A stretch of 60,000 nt of DNA from the NCBI GenBank assembly GCA_038087875.1, contig CM075989.1, positions 10,418,001 through 10,478,000 of the forward strand, in the 5' to 3' direction. Within the stretch, counting starts at the first letter, position 1; each line of letters starts with the position of its first letter. The DNA is from Malacoraja senta (Eukaryota). Shown one piece after another: positions 1-12,800 of this stretch. The notes under the pieces are model-generated. The model saw only the letters and a program-made list of their open reading frames with translations. It made no database searches and had not been told where the DNA came from. The translations under genes were made by a program, and so were the position numbers.

Positions 1-29
1 GAAGGGTTTCTCCAGCATTTATGTCTACC

Positions 30-255
30 CATTCACACAAGTTCTATTATCCCACTTTCCTCACCCACTCCCTACACATTAGGGGCAAATTTACAGAGAC
101 AAGTTAACCTACAAAGCCAATGCGTTTTGGGATGTGGGAGGAAACCCACATGCTTGCAGGGAGAATGTGCAAATTGAACACAGACAGTGACCGAGAACAG
201 GATCGAACACAGATCTATGGCGTGTGAGGCAGCAAGTCCACCAGCTGTGCCACTA
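30..255 (-). mobile_element. HE1-type (V-SINE) tRNA-derived SINE
   Basis: Body aggggcaaatttacagag...ttaacctacaa...tttgggatgtgggaggaaacc...gagaatgtgcaaa...tgtgaggcagc, the reverse strand of the elasmobranch HE1 SINE as I recall it; a second copy lies at ~43190-43445. Confidence 0.6.
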
Positions 256-402
256 TATTTTGTTTTCCAACACACACAAAATTATACGTTGATAACTTTG
301 GTTACTAAAAAAAACCTATCCATTTTCATTCTTAAATCTCTAAGAGACGCTATGTCCCCCTTTACAGCTACTGTATGTTTTTGTATTTCAGTTCAAGACT
401 AT

Positions 403-565
403 GGGGCAGTACATTGGCCATAACGTTGCTGCCTAAAAGTGCCAGAGACCTGGAATTGATCCTGAATATGTGTGCTGTCTGTATGGAGTTTGCTCCTTTT
501 CCCTTTGATCGCATGGGTTTTCTCCGGGTGCTCTTGTTTCTTTCCACATTCCAAAGGTGTACAGG
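403..565 (+). mobile_element. HE1-type SINE, partial
   Basis: gttgctgcct...gccagagacctgg..ttgatcctg...gctgtctgtatggagtttgc...gggttttctccgggtgctc...ccacattccaaag; complementary to the 30-255 copy. Confidence 0.55.
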
Positions 566-574
566 AACTTTTTT

Positions 575-690
575 CAGACCCAACCCAAAATGTAATATTT
601 TCCTTTTGTCCAGAGATTCTGACCTGTTGAGTTACTCCAGCTTTTTGTGTCTATCTTCAGATTAAACCAGAATCTGCAGTTCCTTCCCGC
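575..690 (+). mobile_element. Penelope-derived short repeat fragment
   Basis: ccagagat..tgacctgttgagttactccagc.ttttgtgtcta motif shared with the Penelope 3' ends at 21090-21130 and 51930-51982. Confidence 0.5.
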
Positions 691-737
691 ACACACGATA
701 CTATATGATAGAACTTTATTAATCCTAGGAGGGAAAT

Positions 738-774
738 TGTGTGTGTGTGTGTGGGTATATATATATATATATCT

Positions 775-805
<31 letters not shown>

Positions 806-820
806 TTATATAGTTATATA
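738..820. repeat. Compound microsatellite (TG)n(TA)n(CA)n
   Basis: Seen directly. Confidence 0.9.
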
Positions 821-1750
821 TCTATATCACTAAAAGTCTGATCTTGACCACTTCCTGTTCTGTATATTGATTTTAGAAAAAACGCTGCCACTTATGGCTG
901 TGATCTTTTGCCATCTTACTCAGAGTCCCTCTCCGCTGCGCAAGACAAGAGGATTCTTCCCATCGATGAAAAATAAAAGAGTTATTAGTGTTTAAAAAAT
1001 GTTGAGATTCTCTCTCCTGACGGCCACGCCCCTTCCGGAGGGACTATAAAACCCGGAAGTGTTGAGTGCCTCAGTCAGTCTCTGCAAAGATGGGGTAAGC
1101 GAGAGGGTCACGTCTCTCAGTCTGAGCTGTGAATAACACTGAACACATGTCTACTAAACTGTGAGTGGTTTTACTGACCTGTCAGTGCGCTTAATGTGGT
1201 TTGGAAATGCTAAAGCTGTGTTGCCTTTGGTTTGGAAATGCTAAAGCCGTGTTGCCTTTGGTTTGGAAATGCCAAAACTGTGTTGCGTTTGGTTTGGAAA
1301 TGCAAAAGTTGTGTTGCCTTTGGTTTGGAAATGCTAAAGCTGCGTTGCCTTTGGTTTGGAAATGCTAAAGCTGTGATGCCTTTGGTTTGGAAATGCTAAA
1401 GCTGTGTTGCCTAATTAAAGTTGCCTAGCCTAATTAAAGTTGCCCTGCCTAATTAAAGTTTCCTTACCTAATTAAAGTTGCCTTCTTTATAATTAAAAGT
1501 CCAATCTTGACCTCTTCCTCTTTGCGCTTTATATTGATTTTAGAAAAAATGCTACCACGTACGGCTGTGATTTTTGGCCATCTTACTCAGAGTCCCCCTC
1601 CACTCATCAGGTGCCGAGGATTTTTCTCATCGATGAAAAATAAAAAAGTTATTAGTATTTTTAAAATGTTGAGATTCTCTCTCCTGTCAATCACGCCATG
1701 AAGGCCACGCCCATTCTGGTGGGAGGGGAGGGACTATAAAACCCAGAGTT
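821..1750 (+). mobile_element. Non-autonomous Helitron-like element, 3' end missing
   Basis: Starts A|TCTATATCACTAAAAGTCTGATCTTG, close to the 5' end of the complete copy at 36324; internal ~230-bp duplication (~833-1060 vs ~1495-1750). Confidence 0.5.
1197..1412 (+). repeat. 31-bp minisatellite, ~7 copies
   Basis: Unit TGGTTTGGAAATGCTAAAGCTGTGTTGCCTT; followed by short CCTAATTAAAGTT repeats to ~1500. Confidence 0.95.
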
Positions 1751-1759
1751 GAACGATAG

Positions 1760-1866
1760 GTGTCCCGGGTGCTTGCCATGCCGGGCAAAATGGCACGGCT
1801 TTTAGATTGCCTGGCAGGACCTTAGGTCGCCATTAGCACCTGGGCAACCGTTAATTTCGAGCCCTG
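1760..1866. mobile_element. Probable hAT-type DNA transposon terminus
   Basis: Ends TAATTTCGAGCCCTG (reverse complement CAGGGCTCGAAATTA, a hAT-like TIR); no partner end found. Confidence 0.35.
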
Positions 1867-3177
1867 ACAACGTATCAAATCTGGGATATTCCAGTGTAAA
1901 GGTCATTGTTAATTTTACAGTACACAATTTCATTCACATTATGCACAAAAGTTGATGTTATAATTATCAGTAGTTGTAGGTTTGCTTGTGGAAACCCCTT
2001 TACTGTGAACAAACCAAGTGAAGCAAAAAACGTTTTTTTTGTGTGTTTGATACTGGATTTGTACTTGTGTCATGGGACAAGGATACTGAGTAATACTTGC
2101 ACAGGAAATTTACAGTCCAAAGTGAAGATTCTTGTTGAAAATTGGATACTTTTCAACATATGGCCATGGTTGGCAAAGCCAGCCTTTATTGCCCATCCCA
2201 AATTTCTCTTAATCAATGAGAGAGTTAGAGTCAACCACATAGATGGTGCTGGGTCACATGTAGGTCAGACTGGGTGAGGACTGCGGATTTCCTTCCTTGA
2301 AGGATATTAATGAATCAGGTGGGATTTACAATTGAATATTTTTATAACTATTTCAATACTAACTTTAAAACAAAATCCTGATTTATTTAACTACATGTCT
2401 TTTAATTCCCTAGCTGCCATATTGTGATTTGATCTTGCATTCCAAGTCAAATAGGGACTCGCACTCACACGCCTTGGTGCAGTGGCTATATTAATAAATA
2501 GGTCAATCATTGCATGCAGAGCAAAATTCCACCACTTCAACTTGCACTTGTAGATTGCCTTTAAAATGGCCACAGTTTGTCACAACAGCATTTCATCTAA
2601 ATCTAACACCTATTCACATAAGGAGGCATCTTGAATAAAAATTCAGAAGGATCAGTGTATGTTTCTGTTTGCTGACAGTCTTTTCCTGTCTCAGTTATTG
2701 AAGCAAATGTAGTTTGTCCTGGGTTGAAAATAAGTGACCATAACCTGTTCAAGTTGTAAGTTTGAATGTTTAAAAGATAGATGGAGGCAGATATGTCAAG
2801 GTAGGGAATTCCTGTGACGAACTCCCAATTAACCTTTTATGGTGTTACTTATGGTAGCAATGTTACAAAATTTTGAGATTTAAAAAATAAAGTCTGCAAT
2901 TTATCCCATCAGATAAAGCATAAAAAGAAGTTTAATTTGACACCTAATTCACTTTCATATCTTCAGTATTAAAGAAGTTATGGCCATTTTCATACTCGGA
3001 AATTAGCATCTTGTTCCCTATTGCTTTTCCATTGACTTAACACAAAAGCTGTGATCGAGGACAGTTAAAAGCCCACAACTTTCTTAAAAATTAAGATAAC
3101 AAAGAATTTTTCAGTTATTATAGATTGAAGCATTCTGAAACAAATATGAAACAATCTTACTTAGAAGACATGAAAGT

Positions 3178-5734
3178 CTCCAATACTATCATAACCTTTA
3201 TTCAACTAAAACTGTAACACAAACAGAAGGAATAGCAGATTTTTTACTAAAATGTAATTTAAAAGGTTTAGATTCAAATGATAGAGAATTATTAGAAAGG
3301 GAGATTACGATAAAGGATATTGAGGAGTCTATTGGCTCTTTAAAAAATGGTAAAGCAGTAGGACCAGATGGTTTAGGCTCTGAATTTTATAATAAAAATT
3401 ATGACTTGCTCTGCCCACGTTTACAAAGGCTGTATGAGTATATCTATACTCAACAGAAACTTCCAGATACTTTAAATGAATCTATAATAACACTTATTCC
3501 TAAAGCTGATAAAGATCCGTAAGATCCGGGATCATATAGAGCAATTGCAATTTTAAATACAGATCAGAAAATATTAACTAAAATACGAGCGCATAGATTA
3601 AGTACAGTGATGAATAAAATAATACACCCTGACCAAACAGGCTTTATTCAGAAACGGTACTCATATTATAATCTAAGAAGATTATTTAATATTATTTATT
3701 CTAAGAGAATTATTAATGAAGATCTAGCAATAATCTCACTTGACGCTGAAAAAGCATTTGATCAGGTTGAATGGTCTTATTTATTTTCGGTGATGGAAAA
3801 TATGCAACTAGGGGAGAAATTCTGTACATGGATAAAACTGTTATATACAAATCCCACGGCTAGAATACTAACAAACCAAAGGTTGTCATCTAAATTCAGC
3901 CTATCTAGAGGTTGTAGACAAGGATGCCCGTTATCTCCATTATTATTTGCGCTTGCTATTGAGCCACTTGCAGAAAGAGTTAGGGGGCATCCGGAAATAT
4001 ATGGGTATATCACAAAGGACAAAGTGAATAAAATTTCTCTATACGCAGATGACGTACTAATTTACATTACAAAACCAGAAATTAGTATACCAAACTTATT
4101 AGAGCTAATAACCCAATTTGGTTCACTCTCAGGATACAGAATAAATTGGAATAAAAGTGAAATTATGCCAATAAGGGAACATAACAAACAGATAATACAA
4201 CAATTTCCATTTAAAATAGTAAATGACAAATTTAAATACCTAGGTATTTAGGTAACTAAGATATATACATCATTATTTAAAGCAAATTTTCCCCCATTAC
4301 TGAATAAACTACATAAGAATATTCAATACTGGAAAACACTTCCTATCTCAATGGTTGGCAAAATTAATGCCATAAAAATGATTTTTTTACCGCAAATATT
4401 ATACCTTTTTCAGACAATTCCGATATATTTGTCAAAAAACTTTTTTTTTAAATTGGACTCCATTGTTAATGATTTTATCTGGGATTATAAGAATCATAGG
4501 ATAAACAAAAGACATTTGTGTAAATCAAAAATAAATGGAGGTTTAGTTTTACCCAACTTTCTGTTTTATTTTTGGGCAGTTAATATTAAAAATATGAATT
4601 TCTGGTTGGAAGAAATAGATCAACAACCAGATTGGTTAAAAATGGAAAAGGAAGATTGTTTGCCTTTTGATATCGGTTCGATATTATTTGCTACATCTAA
4701 ATTAAACAAAAAAATTTATAGGGAAAACCCTATAATATTTAGTGCCATACGAATTTGGAAACAATTAAAAAAGACATTAAAATTAGATAATTTATCACTT
4801 TTTCTCCCAATTGTGAATAACCCTTTGTTTAAGCCCTCATGGTTGGACAGGGGTTTTACACAATGGAAGAATTATGGAATTAAAAATATGGGACAACTTT
4901 ATAAGGAAGGCACTTTTCTGACATTTCAGGAGTTGCAACAGACTTGTGGACTTCGAGGAAATGATTATTTCAGATATCTTCAACTCAGAGATTATGTAAA
5001 ATCGAATACTCAAAATTTTCGAATTAGAAATTCAGAAATTCTTGACGAATGTTGGAATAAACATCCTAATACAGAAAAATTAATATCTTATATATATAAT
5101 ATCTTATTAGACAGTGACATTCCATCGACGGACTTACACAGACAAACATGGGAAAAAGAATTAAATCAAATAATAACGAAAGATACTTGGGAAGAAAGTT
5201 TACAACACATACATCAATGTTCATTAAATGCCAGACATTCTTTAATACAATTTAAAGTAATACATAGGTTACATTATTCAAAAACAAAATTACATAACAT
5301 CTTTCAACATATCTCACCTATATGTGATAAATGTCAACATTTAGAAGCTACCTTATCTCATGTTTGCAAACTATAAAAATTAAAAAATTCTGGGTAAATA
5401 TTTTTAGTATAATATCTAAAGTGACCAGCACACAAGTGGACCCGGATCCAAAATTAATAATACTCGGAACATTAGAATTAAATCAAACATTTACAACAAC
5501 ACAAAGAAACTTTATTGATTATAGTATAATAACAGGAAAAAAATTAATTCTAAAATTTTAGAAAGGCGCTACGGCCCCCACAATCAAAATGTGGATTATA
5601 GAAATGACGGAGACCTTAAACGTGGAAAGAATCCGATTTTCCCTGTTGGACAAACAGGAATTATTCGTTGGAACATGGTCTCCCTTTATTGATTATTTAA
5701 AGGGTCAGAATGGTTCAGCACAGGAACCTGACTA
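3178..5734 (+). pseudogene. L1 ORF2 remnant (reverse transcriptase and C-terminal Cys-rich region) with in-frame stops and a frameshift
   Basis: ORFs 3607-4251 and 4351-5376 are in one frame, broken by stops near 3520 and 4249; CDKC...SH motif near 5325; frameshift near 5365. Confidence 0.9.
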
Positions 5735-6118
5735 ATGGGCGGGCTAAAGAATGGATGAAATGCTATACTCTGAAATGTATGAATATATCTCGAATGAAGT
5801 TTTTTATTTTAATAAATTTTTCCATTCTTCTTTAACCATCTTTTTTTTTTGTTGTTTTGTTTTTTTTCTTCTTTTTTTTCTGTTTTTTGTTTTTTGTTTT
5901 TTTGTTTTCTCTTTTCTCTTTTTCTTCTCACTCTTTTCTTTCTTTACTTCATCTATCTTTTTAGTTCTATCTAGTTTAAAAAAAAAAAAAAAGGCAAAAG
6001 GTATTGGAGACAATGTAATAATAATTGATAATATCAATTTAAAAATGTAAGACTGTAATGATGTTAATAGGTTGTGTACTTTTCTCCAATAAAAAATATT
6101 TTCAACAAAAAAAAAAAA
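3178..6118 (+). mobile_element. 5'-truncated L1-clade LINE
   Basis: 15-bp TSD AGAAGACATGAAAGT (3163-3177 and 6119-6133) at a TT|AGAA site; AATAAA at 6088 then poly(A); RT motifs QTGF, SLDAEKAFD, GCRQGCPLSPLLF, YADD, KYLGI. Confidence 0.95.
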
Positions 6119-7239
6119 AGAAGACATGAAAGTAAAGCATATAATTAGTTAGTTACCTAATTGTAGCTAATTACAAAATTCAATTACTAGATCTAAACAT
6201 CTATCAATTTCTTAAGAATAGATTAACATTTTTAAATAGCCTAAGTGTCCAAATAACATTCACACAATAATTCACAATATAACATAATTTTTAAATCTCA
6301 TTTTCATGAATTTACAGGCCAAATGGAACGAATTGAATGTTTAATACCTGTAAATTAATGGGCATTTAAATCATCTTGCGAGTGAGGATTTCTGGAACGC
6401 GATCATTTGGAACGTTCATTTGCGGTGAATTTAACCCCGTATTGGCATGAAAAATACTGCCATTAGTTCGGGGATTAAATCACCGTGTCGCATGAAAAAA
6501 TGTGAATTAAAGGCTTCTTAAGAAGCACTTTTATACATTTAAAGAAACCACTTTCGTTTACCTGTCCCGTGTGTGAAATCCGTCCCCGTTATCGGCGTTG
6601 ACGCTTCAGGAGCTGCTTTTAAAATTACTCTAGCGCTGACATTGACGATTTAATAAAAATAAAAAATTCACAAAACGCCACTAGGAACGATTTTTCAGCA
6701 AAAGGTTGTACTCCAACGAAATATAATTCAGGACAAGGGAGGAGAAACCGCGTTTTAACCCCGCCCCCCCCTTAAAGGCGCCAAAATCGTGCACACGGCC
6801 AGTGGCAGAATTACAGCGCGACTGAAGGTAAGTTTTGTAACATACCTACTTATGGTATGAATTGTTGATCAGACATAAAGAAGCCTCCAAGGACATCTCC
6901 AAGCTTCCATAGAATCCTTCTCATCTATTCAAACAGCATTTGGGGATCAGTTCAGTTAATAAATAAATGGCAGTGCTTCTGCCAACATAGTTGTATGTAT
7001 TAAGCAGTTAAAGCAAGTGAATCATTCTTGTGTGTTATACTCAAACTAGCAACTCTAATGCTGCAATCCTTGCCTTTTGTGGAGCCAAATGTTCACCTAA
7101 AGCTAAAGCATAAAGACCAAGCAAATAGACAAATCACCAGATCAGAAGTGCGCTTGACTTATTTTATGATGTTTTCTGAACATATTATGAACATATTCGT
7201 TTAGTCCTTGCCTGACACTGTGCTTGTGTTTAAAAGGTA

Positions 7240-7995
7240 CTCGACTAACTGGGACCAGTTGGGTCCCTGTCACACGAGAGGCTTGGTCCCCCAACGCAAC
7301 CCGTTCTCCAATGCAATATTCCACCACTCACCCGTTCCCCCAATGCAACCCATCCCCCCAACGCAATATTGCATCACTCACGCATAGCCCCCAACTGCAT
7401 AGGCACGGCTCATTTCCCCTCATCCCCAGCACTCCCCCCCCCTCCTCTTCACCCTCCCTCTGGTGGAGAAGATCTCCGACAAGGCTGTGAGCGTGAGCTA
7501 CCGCTACGGCGGTGGCGGAGGAGACGGACCCGGGGGGACCGGTAGGCGGGACCGCCATTGCTGCAGAGGGCAGGTGGGGGAGAGGGGTGAGTGATGAGGG
7601 AGAGAGAGACGGGACTAGGGCGAGAGACGGGACCTCCACTGGGCCTCCACTGAACCCCCCCCCCCGCGGCCGCCGCCGGTGGTGGGGGAGACGATAGACA
7701 AATTACTGTGAGGAGGGGAGAGAGGAGTTAGTGAGTGAGGCGGGTCAGGTCGCTGCCAGTGGGGCAGGAAGGGTCGTCGTCATCCCGGCCGTGGCATTGA
7801 CTGACAAGAGACTAATCTGCGTGGCGCTGACTGAAGGAATCTGCGCACGTGCGGTTTAAAAAAAATGTAAACCTTGATAACATTTACAATATACCACCGA
7901 TCGGAACAAAACTTGTTGCACTCGCAGCACAGGACAACGGGGAGTAATCTGCCGAAAAATCGTAGAGCTGTCGCGTACTGTTTTGTGCTATTTTC
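7240..7995 (-). mobile_element. Non-autonomous Helitron-like element
   Basis: Minus-strand 3' end GGGACCCAACTGGTCCC hairpin + AGTTAGTCGAG (degenerate CTAG); 7850-7990 is the reverse-complement homologue of ~36390-36530. Confidence 0.6.
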
Positions 7996-8185
7996 AAAAG
8001 ATTAGGCACCAGCAAGGTGCAAATTATTGAGAATATTATTCCTTCATCAGGATTTTATCCACGGATGTCCTTTCAGATACCATTTTGACAGCTGTGGAAT
8101 TAAATTCAGGCAATAATTTTGTATAAAATAGATTTATCAGTAATAGTAACCATGAAACTACTGGGTTGTTGGAATTTGAAATTTG

Positions 8186-8885
8186 GAACACTTTATTGTC
8201 ACATGTTACTGGGCCCAGCAAAATTCTTTGCTTGGATACCCAATGTATACAAATAGCGGCCACCTACAGCACTGACATAGTTAAAAAGCACGCCGGCTCC
8301 TCCTTTTGTTCTCCCCTCCCCCCCCCCCCCACGGCCACATCGTCGGTTCCCCCACACTGGGTCCCCATTGTCCTTTGTTCCTCCCCTCCCCCCCCCATTG
8401 TCCATTGTTCTCCCTTTCAGCGGTCCCCCCATGCCGAGTCCTCCATTCTTCCCCTACCCCTCACGGGACGACCCATGAGGCTTCACCTCCGCCAAGGCCC
8501 ATCGTCGCGAGACTTCACTGCTGCTGTTGCTTCATTGCCGCCGAGGTCTCACCGCTGCTGATGCCCCCACTTCGTGTGTCCGTGTCGTCCATCGGTCGGC
8601 GCCATCATCGGCCGCCGCACCAACCGCTCCACAACGCTGCCGCGTCGTCTCCTGAAGCCTCCGTGGTGCCGACCCGGGCCCCAGCCGCGGGCTCTGTCAG
8701 CCACTCCTCTGACCCGCGAGGCGAGGCTCCTCCGTCAGACCTGCAAGGCCCCGGCCGGGCTTCTACACGGCGATCCGGGAGGTATCGAGACCGTGGCGCC
8801 TCGATAAAGGCCTCTAGCCGCTTTCCCAGTCCACAGCCACGCCCGTCGGGAAGCTTTCTGGCCGTGCGGCCTGCCGGGAAGCTGG
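8186..8885 (-). mobile_element. GC/CpG-rich non-autonomous retroelement with Rex/L2-type tail
   Basis: Plus strand opens with actttattgtcacatg (minus strand catgtgacaataaagt), the tail type seen on Rex/Babar copies here; GC-rich body with no credible ORF. Confidence 0.4.
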
Positions 8886-9029
8886 GTAGTAAAGATCATT
8901 CTGATTCCATAAAGTTCTTGAAGGAAGGACATCTGCCAACTTTACACAGTCTGGCCTTCATGTGACTCCAGACATTTCAATGTGACTGATGCTTAGCTGT
9001 TGTCTTAAATTGCCCATTAAACCACTTTC

Positions 9030-9375
9030 AGGAGACACACAAGGAAATAGAGATGCTGGAATATTGCGTAGAACGCAAGGTGCTGGAGTAACTCGAGCAG
9101 TATCTCTGGGGGATATAGATAGGTGATGTTCAATGGTAGGGGGAGAAATGCTGGAAAAGTGGTGGAGCTGGCAAGGGCCTGGCAAATGATAGGTGGATAC
9201 AGGTGAGAGGGGGTTTGATTGGCAGATGGGTGGACAAATGTTACAGATGAAAAGGAGACAAATGGTGACAAATTGGTGTCAGATGAGGAGGGAAGCCAGA
9301 GGAGTTATAGGGGGAGGAGTAAAAGGGGGGCTGCAGGGTAGTGGGAGAAATGGGTGTGCCCCTGCCCCAGCTATG
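9030..9375 (-). mobile_element. Penelope-like element 3' region remnant
   Basis: cacaaggaa..agatgctgg...gtgctggagtaactc...tctctgg...gataggtgatgtt; reverse complement of the Penelope tail motif. Confidence 0.55.
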
Positions 9376-9809
9376 TATTTCTTGCATCCCTATCAACTCC
9401 CCTTTTGACTCTTTTGTCACTTATCTAAATAGAGGGGCAATATCAAGTAGCAATTTATCCAAATATCTTTAGACTATGAAGAACAGAGTATTCGTCAGAA
9501 ACTCCAGTGAGTATGGGAAAAACGTGCAACCTCCATGTAGACAATATCCGAGATAATGATTGAACTGGAGCTGTAAGGCAGCAGCACCAACTGTACATTA
9601 CTATAACCCTGATGAAAGAGTTATAGTGGAGGAGGGAGTCTGATGTGGGAGAAAAGTACAACCTTGCTCTCTGCCCCACCCTCTTTAGTGGCAGCCATGC
9701 CATACCTGATCGCTTCTGGGGCTTTTGGCTAAGATCGAGTGTAGGTGATAAGATCAAGTATATTGTGGACACGCATCTGTGAGAAGAGATGAGACGGAAG
9801 GAGAAATAC

Positions 9810-12800
9810 TAGAAAGGCTCTTCATGAGCAATGGCTGCCTGATGAGAGCACAACTAGAGAATGTAGAGATGGATGCATGTTGATTGGGAGACCAATCTAA
9901 CTTTTTCTAGCTTAAAGATCTGCTTTCACTGGCTCTACCAGAATGGCTGCTGTTACGAGTGCCCTGGGAAGACATGGGATTTGCAACTCGGTCAAGGTGT
10001 CGGTGAAAGGCCTCAGCAAGAAGGAACCCCTTCACCAGAGATCTTTACATTAGGAAGGACCTACTGGAAACCGACAAGTTTGAACCCAAGAATAATCTAC
10101 TGGCTTCATGATTTCCTGGATCACAGACACTGTCCCGAGGTGTCGCGTAGTAGAGGTTTTCCTGAGGTGCCGCGCGGCAGTGGGCTCAGTGGGCCGAAGG
10201 CTTGGCAGTAGGCAGGACCCGCCCAAAAGCTCAGCGGTCAGCGGGACAGGGTACCCGCCTAGAGGCTCGTAGGACAGCATATTCGGGAGGGAGCTGGAGA
10301 CATCGATGCGAAGAGCAAGGGCCGGTAGGAGGGTGAACCAGATTAATACCTCCAGCGCTTTTATGGCCAGCTGCAGGAGGCATCCAAAGGCTCGGCGGGA
10401 CCGCCTGTAGATTTGACAGTCTGCAGGACCCGCCCGAAGGCTCGTCGAACGGTGTAACTGGGAGGGAGCTGGAGACGCAAGGAGCATGGGCCTGTAGGAG
10501 GGTGAACCGGAGTAATGCCTCCATCGCCTTCAAGGCAGGAGGTGCCCTGTGACACAAAGATGGCTGGATGAGGAGAGGAGAGGGATGTTGGTTCGTGGGA
10601 ACTGCTCCAGTACCTAGAACGTGCGGGCCAACCGGACTTTTGGACTTTGAATAATGGCGTCAATAATGTTGATGCCAGCATGTGTAATAAATGCAAAAAT
10701 AATTTTCACTGTACAGCTGCATATGTGACAAATAAAGCACCGTTAAACCATTGAACTTTGATGTTACCTTCAAGAACCTATAGGGATGACAGACGTTGCT
10801 CCAGGACTTTTGGGACAAGGTGAATGAAGCTGTACTACAGATGCTCTTCATGAGCAATGGCTGCCTGATGGGAGCACAACTTGAAAATGTAATGATGGAT
10901 CCTTGTTGATTGTGGACCAATCTAACACCTCATTCCAGCCTAAAGATTGGCTGTCATTTGCTCCACCAGAATGGCTGCAGCTATGAGTGCCCTGGGAAGA
11001 CATGGGATTTGATGGTGAAAGGACTCAGTGAGGGGGAACCCCTTCACCAGGAAGGTCCCACTGGAAACCTACAAGTTTGAGGCAAAGAATATCTACTGCC
11101 CACAGGACTTCCTGGGTCACCGACACCATCTTGAGGTGCCTCGCCGTGGATGGCTCGAAGGTCAACGGGGCACGGAAAACGGCCAAAGGATAGTCGGTCG
11201 TTGGAGCCTGCCCGAAGGCATGTCAGTCAGTGGGATTGGGAACTCGGCAGTAGGCTCCTCGGTCGTCTGGGCCCGCACGAAGGCTTGTCAGTCATCGGGA
11301 CTGGGAAGCCACCCGATGGCTTGGCGCGACCGCCCGAAGACTCTAAGGTCAGCGGGATCTGCCCGAAGGCTTGACAGTCGGCCGGACATGCCCGAAACCT
11401 TGTTGGATGGCGTAACAGGGAGGGAGCTGGAGGGGTCAGATGCGAGGAGCAAGGGCCCGTAGGACGGTGAACCGGGGTAATGCCTTCACGCCTTCAAGGT
11501 CGTCTGCAGGAGGTGCCCCGGGAAACAATGATGGCCGGACGAGGAGAGAAGAGGGATGTTGGTTCATGAAAACTGCTCCAGTACATCAAGCGCGCAGGCT
11601 GACTGGACTTTGAATAATGGCATCAAAAATGGTGGCACCAGCATATGTAACATATGCAAAATGAATTTTACTGTGCAGTTGCACATGTGACAAATAAAGC
11701 ACCATTGAACTTTGACGTTACCTTCAAGCACCAAGCAGGATGGCAGATGTTGCTCCAGGACTTCTAGGAGAAGGGGAATGAAACTATACCAGAAAGGCTC
11801 TTCATGAGCAATGGCTGCCTGATGAGAGCACAACTTGAAAATATAGAAATGGATCCATGCTGATTGTGGGACCAATCTAACACGACGTTCCAGTTTAAAG
11901 ATCGGCTCTCACTTGCTCCACCAGAATGGCTACAGTTATGAGTGCACCTATGAGTGCCAATGTCAGTCGGCGGAACGAGGAACCCGCTCAAAGGCTTGGT
12001 GGGACCGCCCAAAGGCTTGTCTGTCGTTGGTGACCGCCCAAATGCTCATCAGTCGTCGGGGCCTGCCCAAAGGCTCATCAGTTGGCGGGACTGGGAATCC
12101 CCCCTAAAGGCTCGGCAGGACCGCCCGAAGCCTCGACGGTCAGCAGGACCCGCCCGAAGGCTCGTCGGACGGCGTAACTGGGAGGGAGCTGGAGATATCA
12201 GACGCATGGAGCAAGGGGTAATGCCTCCAGCGCCTTCAAGGATGGCTGCAGGAAGTGCCCCCGTGACACAGTGATGGCCAGATGAGGAGAGGAGAGGGAT
12301 GTTGGTTTGTGGGAACTGCTTCAGTACTGGACTTTGAACAATGGTGCCAAAAATAGACTGGGTTACCTACTGGCAACCTACAAGTTTGAGGCCAAGGACA
12401 GCTACTGCCTATAGGTCTTCCTGGGTCACCGACACTTTCCCGAGGTGCTGTGCTATGGAGATCTTCCCGAGTCACTGCGGAGGCATTCCCGAGGTGCCAC
12501 GCGGCGAAAGGCTTGTAGGTCGACAGGGCCTGCATGAAGGCTCGTCCGTCAGTGGGACTGGGAACCCGCCCGAAGGCTCAGCGGGACCCCACCAGTGGCT
12601 CGGCTGGACACACCCAAAGTCTCGGTCGGATCTGCCCGACGTCTCGAAGGTTGGTGGGACTCATCAAAGTCTCAGCGGTCAGCGTAACCGGCCCAAAGTC
12701 TCAGCAGTCGGAGAGAATGGGAACCCGTCTGAAGGCTCGTCAGATGGCGGGATCGGGGACTTGTCCAACGTCTCATCGGACGGCCAAACTGGAAGGGAGC

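Larger units (their letters stand above)
2854..6849. mobile_element. Non-autonomous TIR DNA transposon (~1.04 kb), split by an L1
   Basis: TIRs GTAGCAATGTTACAAAA (2854-2870) and TTTTGTAACATACCTAC (6833-6849), 15/17 match; direct repeat TACTTATGGTA at 2846-2856 and 6847-6857. Confidence 0.75.

Noticed and set aside
1197..1412. Regular 31-bp repeats resembling a CRISPR array
   Set aside because: Head-to-tail with no unique spacers, eukaryotic context, no cas genes
5751..6127. Phe-rich and Lys-rich ORFs
   Set aside because: Translations of the T-rich L1 3' UTR and poly(A)
8166..8965. Pro/Arg-rich ORFs up to 219 aa and a CpG-island-like stretch suggesting a promoter or first exon
   Set aside because: Lies in a repeat with a retroelement tail; no recognisable domain or convincing splice donor
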